From NCBI GenBank assembly GCA_964035545.1, contig OZ037769.1:4507929-4571928 (forward strand): DNA of 64,000 nucleotides. The letters are read 5' to 3'. The DNA comes from Bugula neritina. Its lineage: Eukaryota; Animalia; Bryozoa. The translations under genes and the position numbers were made by a program. Every line of letters starts with the position of its first letter. Position 1 is the first letter of the stretch. Positions 63,868 to 64,000 of this stretch are shown here, piece by piece. The notes below the pieces were generated by a model. That model saw only the letters and a list, made by a program, of their open reading frames with translations, made no database searches and had not been told where the DNA came from.

Positions 63868-64000
63868 GTCAGTGGGAAATAGCACATTGCTCTCTCAGAA
63901 GTTGTCTTTTCAAACCTCTGTTTAGTTTATTTAATAACTATTTGTGCAACTTCTTCTAAAAAATGAAAATTTTAAAGCATCATTTTTTATATTGAATGTT

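Overview
AT-rich, intron-containing animal genomic DNA, probably an invertebrate. A lophotrochozoan is plausible from the two-domain small HSP and MetaSINE-like repeats, but this is inference. I reconstructed six protein-coding genes by hand from GT-AG splice sites and exon phase: (1) the 5' end of a secreted C-type lectin gene (minus strand, runs off the left edge); (2) a complete 16-exon EOGT (minus); (3) a complete 17-exon CCDC93 (plus, head-to-head with EOGT); (4) a small heat-shock protein with two alpha-crystallin domains, preceded by several heat-shock elements and apparently several alternative TATA promoters/first exons, one adding a ~149-aa N-terminal extension; (5) an unrecognised 4-coding-exon ~578-aa gene with an RFX X-box near its start; (6) the first 9 coding exons of a polypeptide GalNAc-transferase (runs off the right edge). 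CCDC93 intron 7 holds a full-length, young Mag-type Ty3/gypsy LTR retrotransposon: 307-bp LTRs with 1 mismatch, ATTAT target-site duplication (TSD), tRNA-Leu primer-binding site, polypurine tract, and a gag-pol carrying two in-frame stops. Also present are tRNA-derived SINEs, three families of non-autonomous TIR elements, an RTE LINE relic, palindromes and mini/microsatellites. No CRISPR, rRNA or genuine tRNA gene was seen. The most distinctive locus is the multi-promoter two-domain sHSP with its upstream HSE/X-box landscape. I cannot claim from sequence alone that it is an undescribed system.
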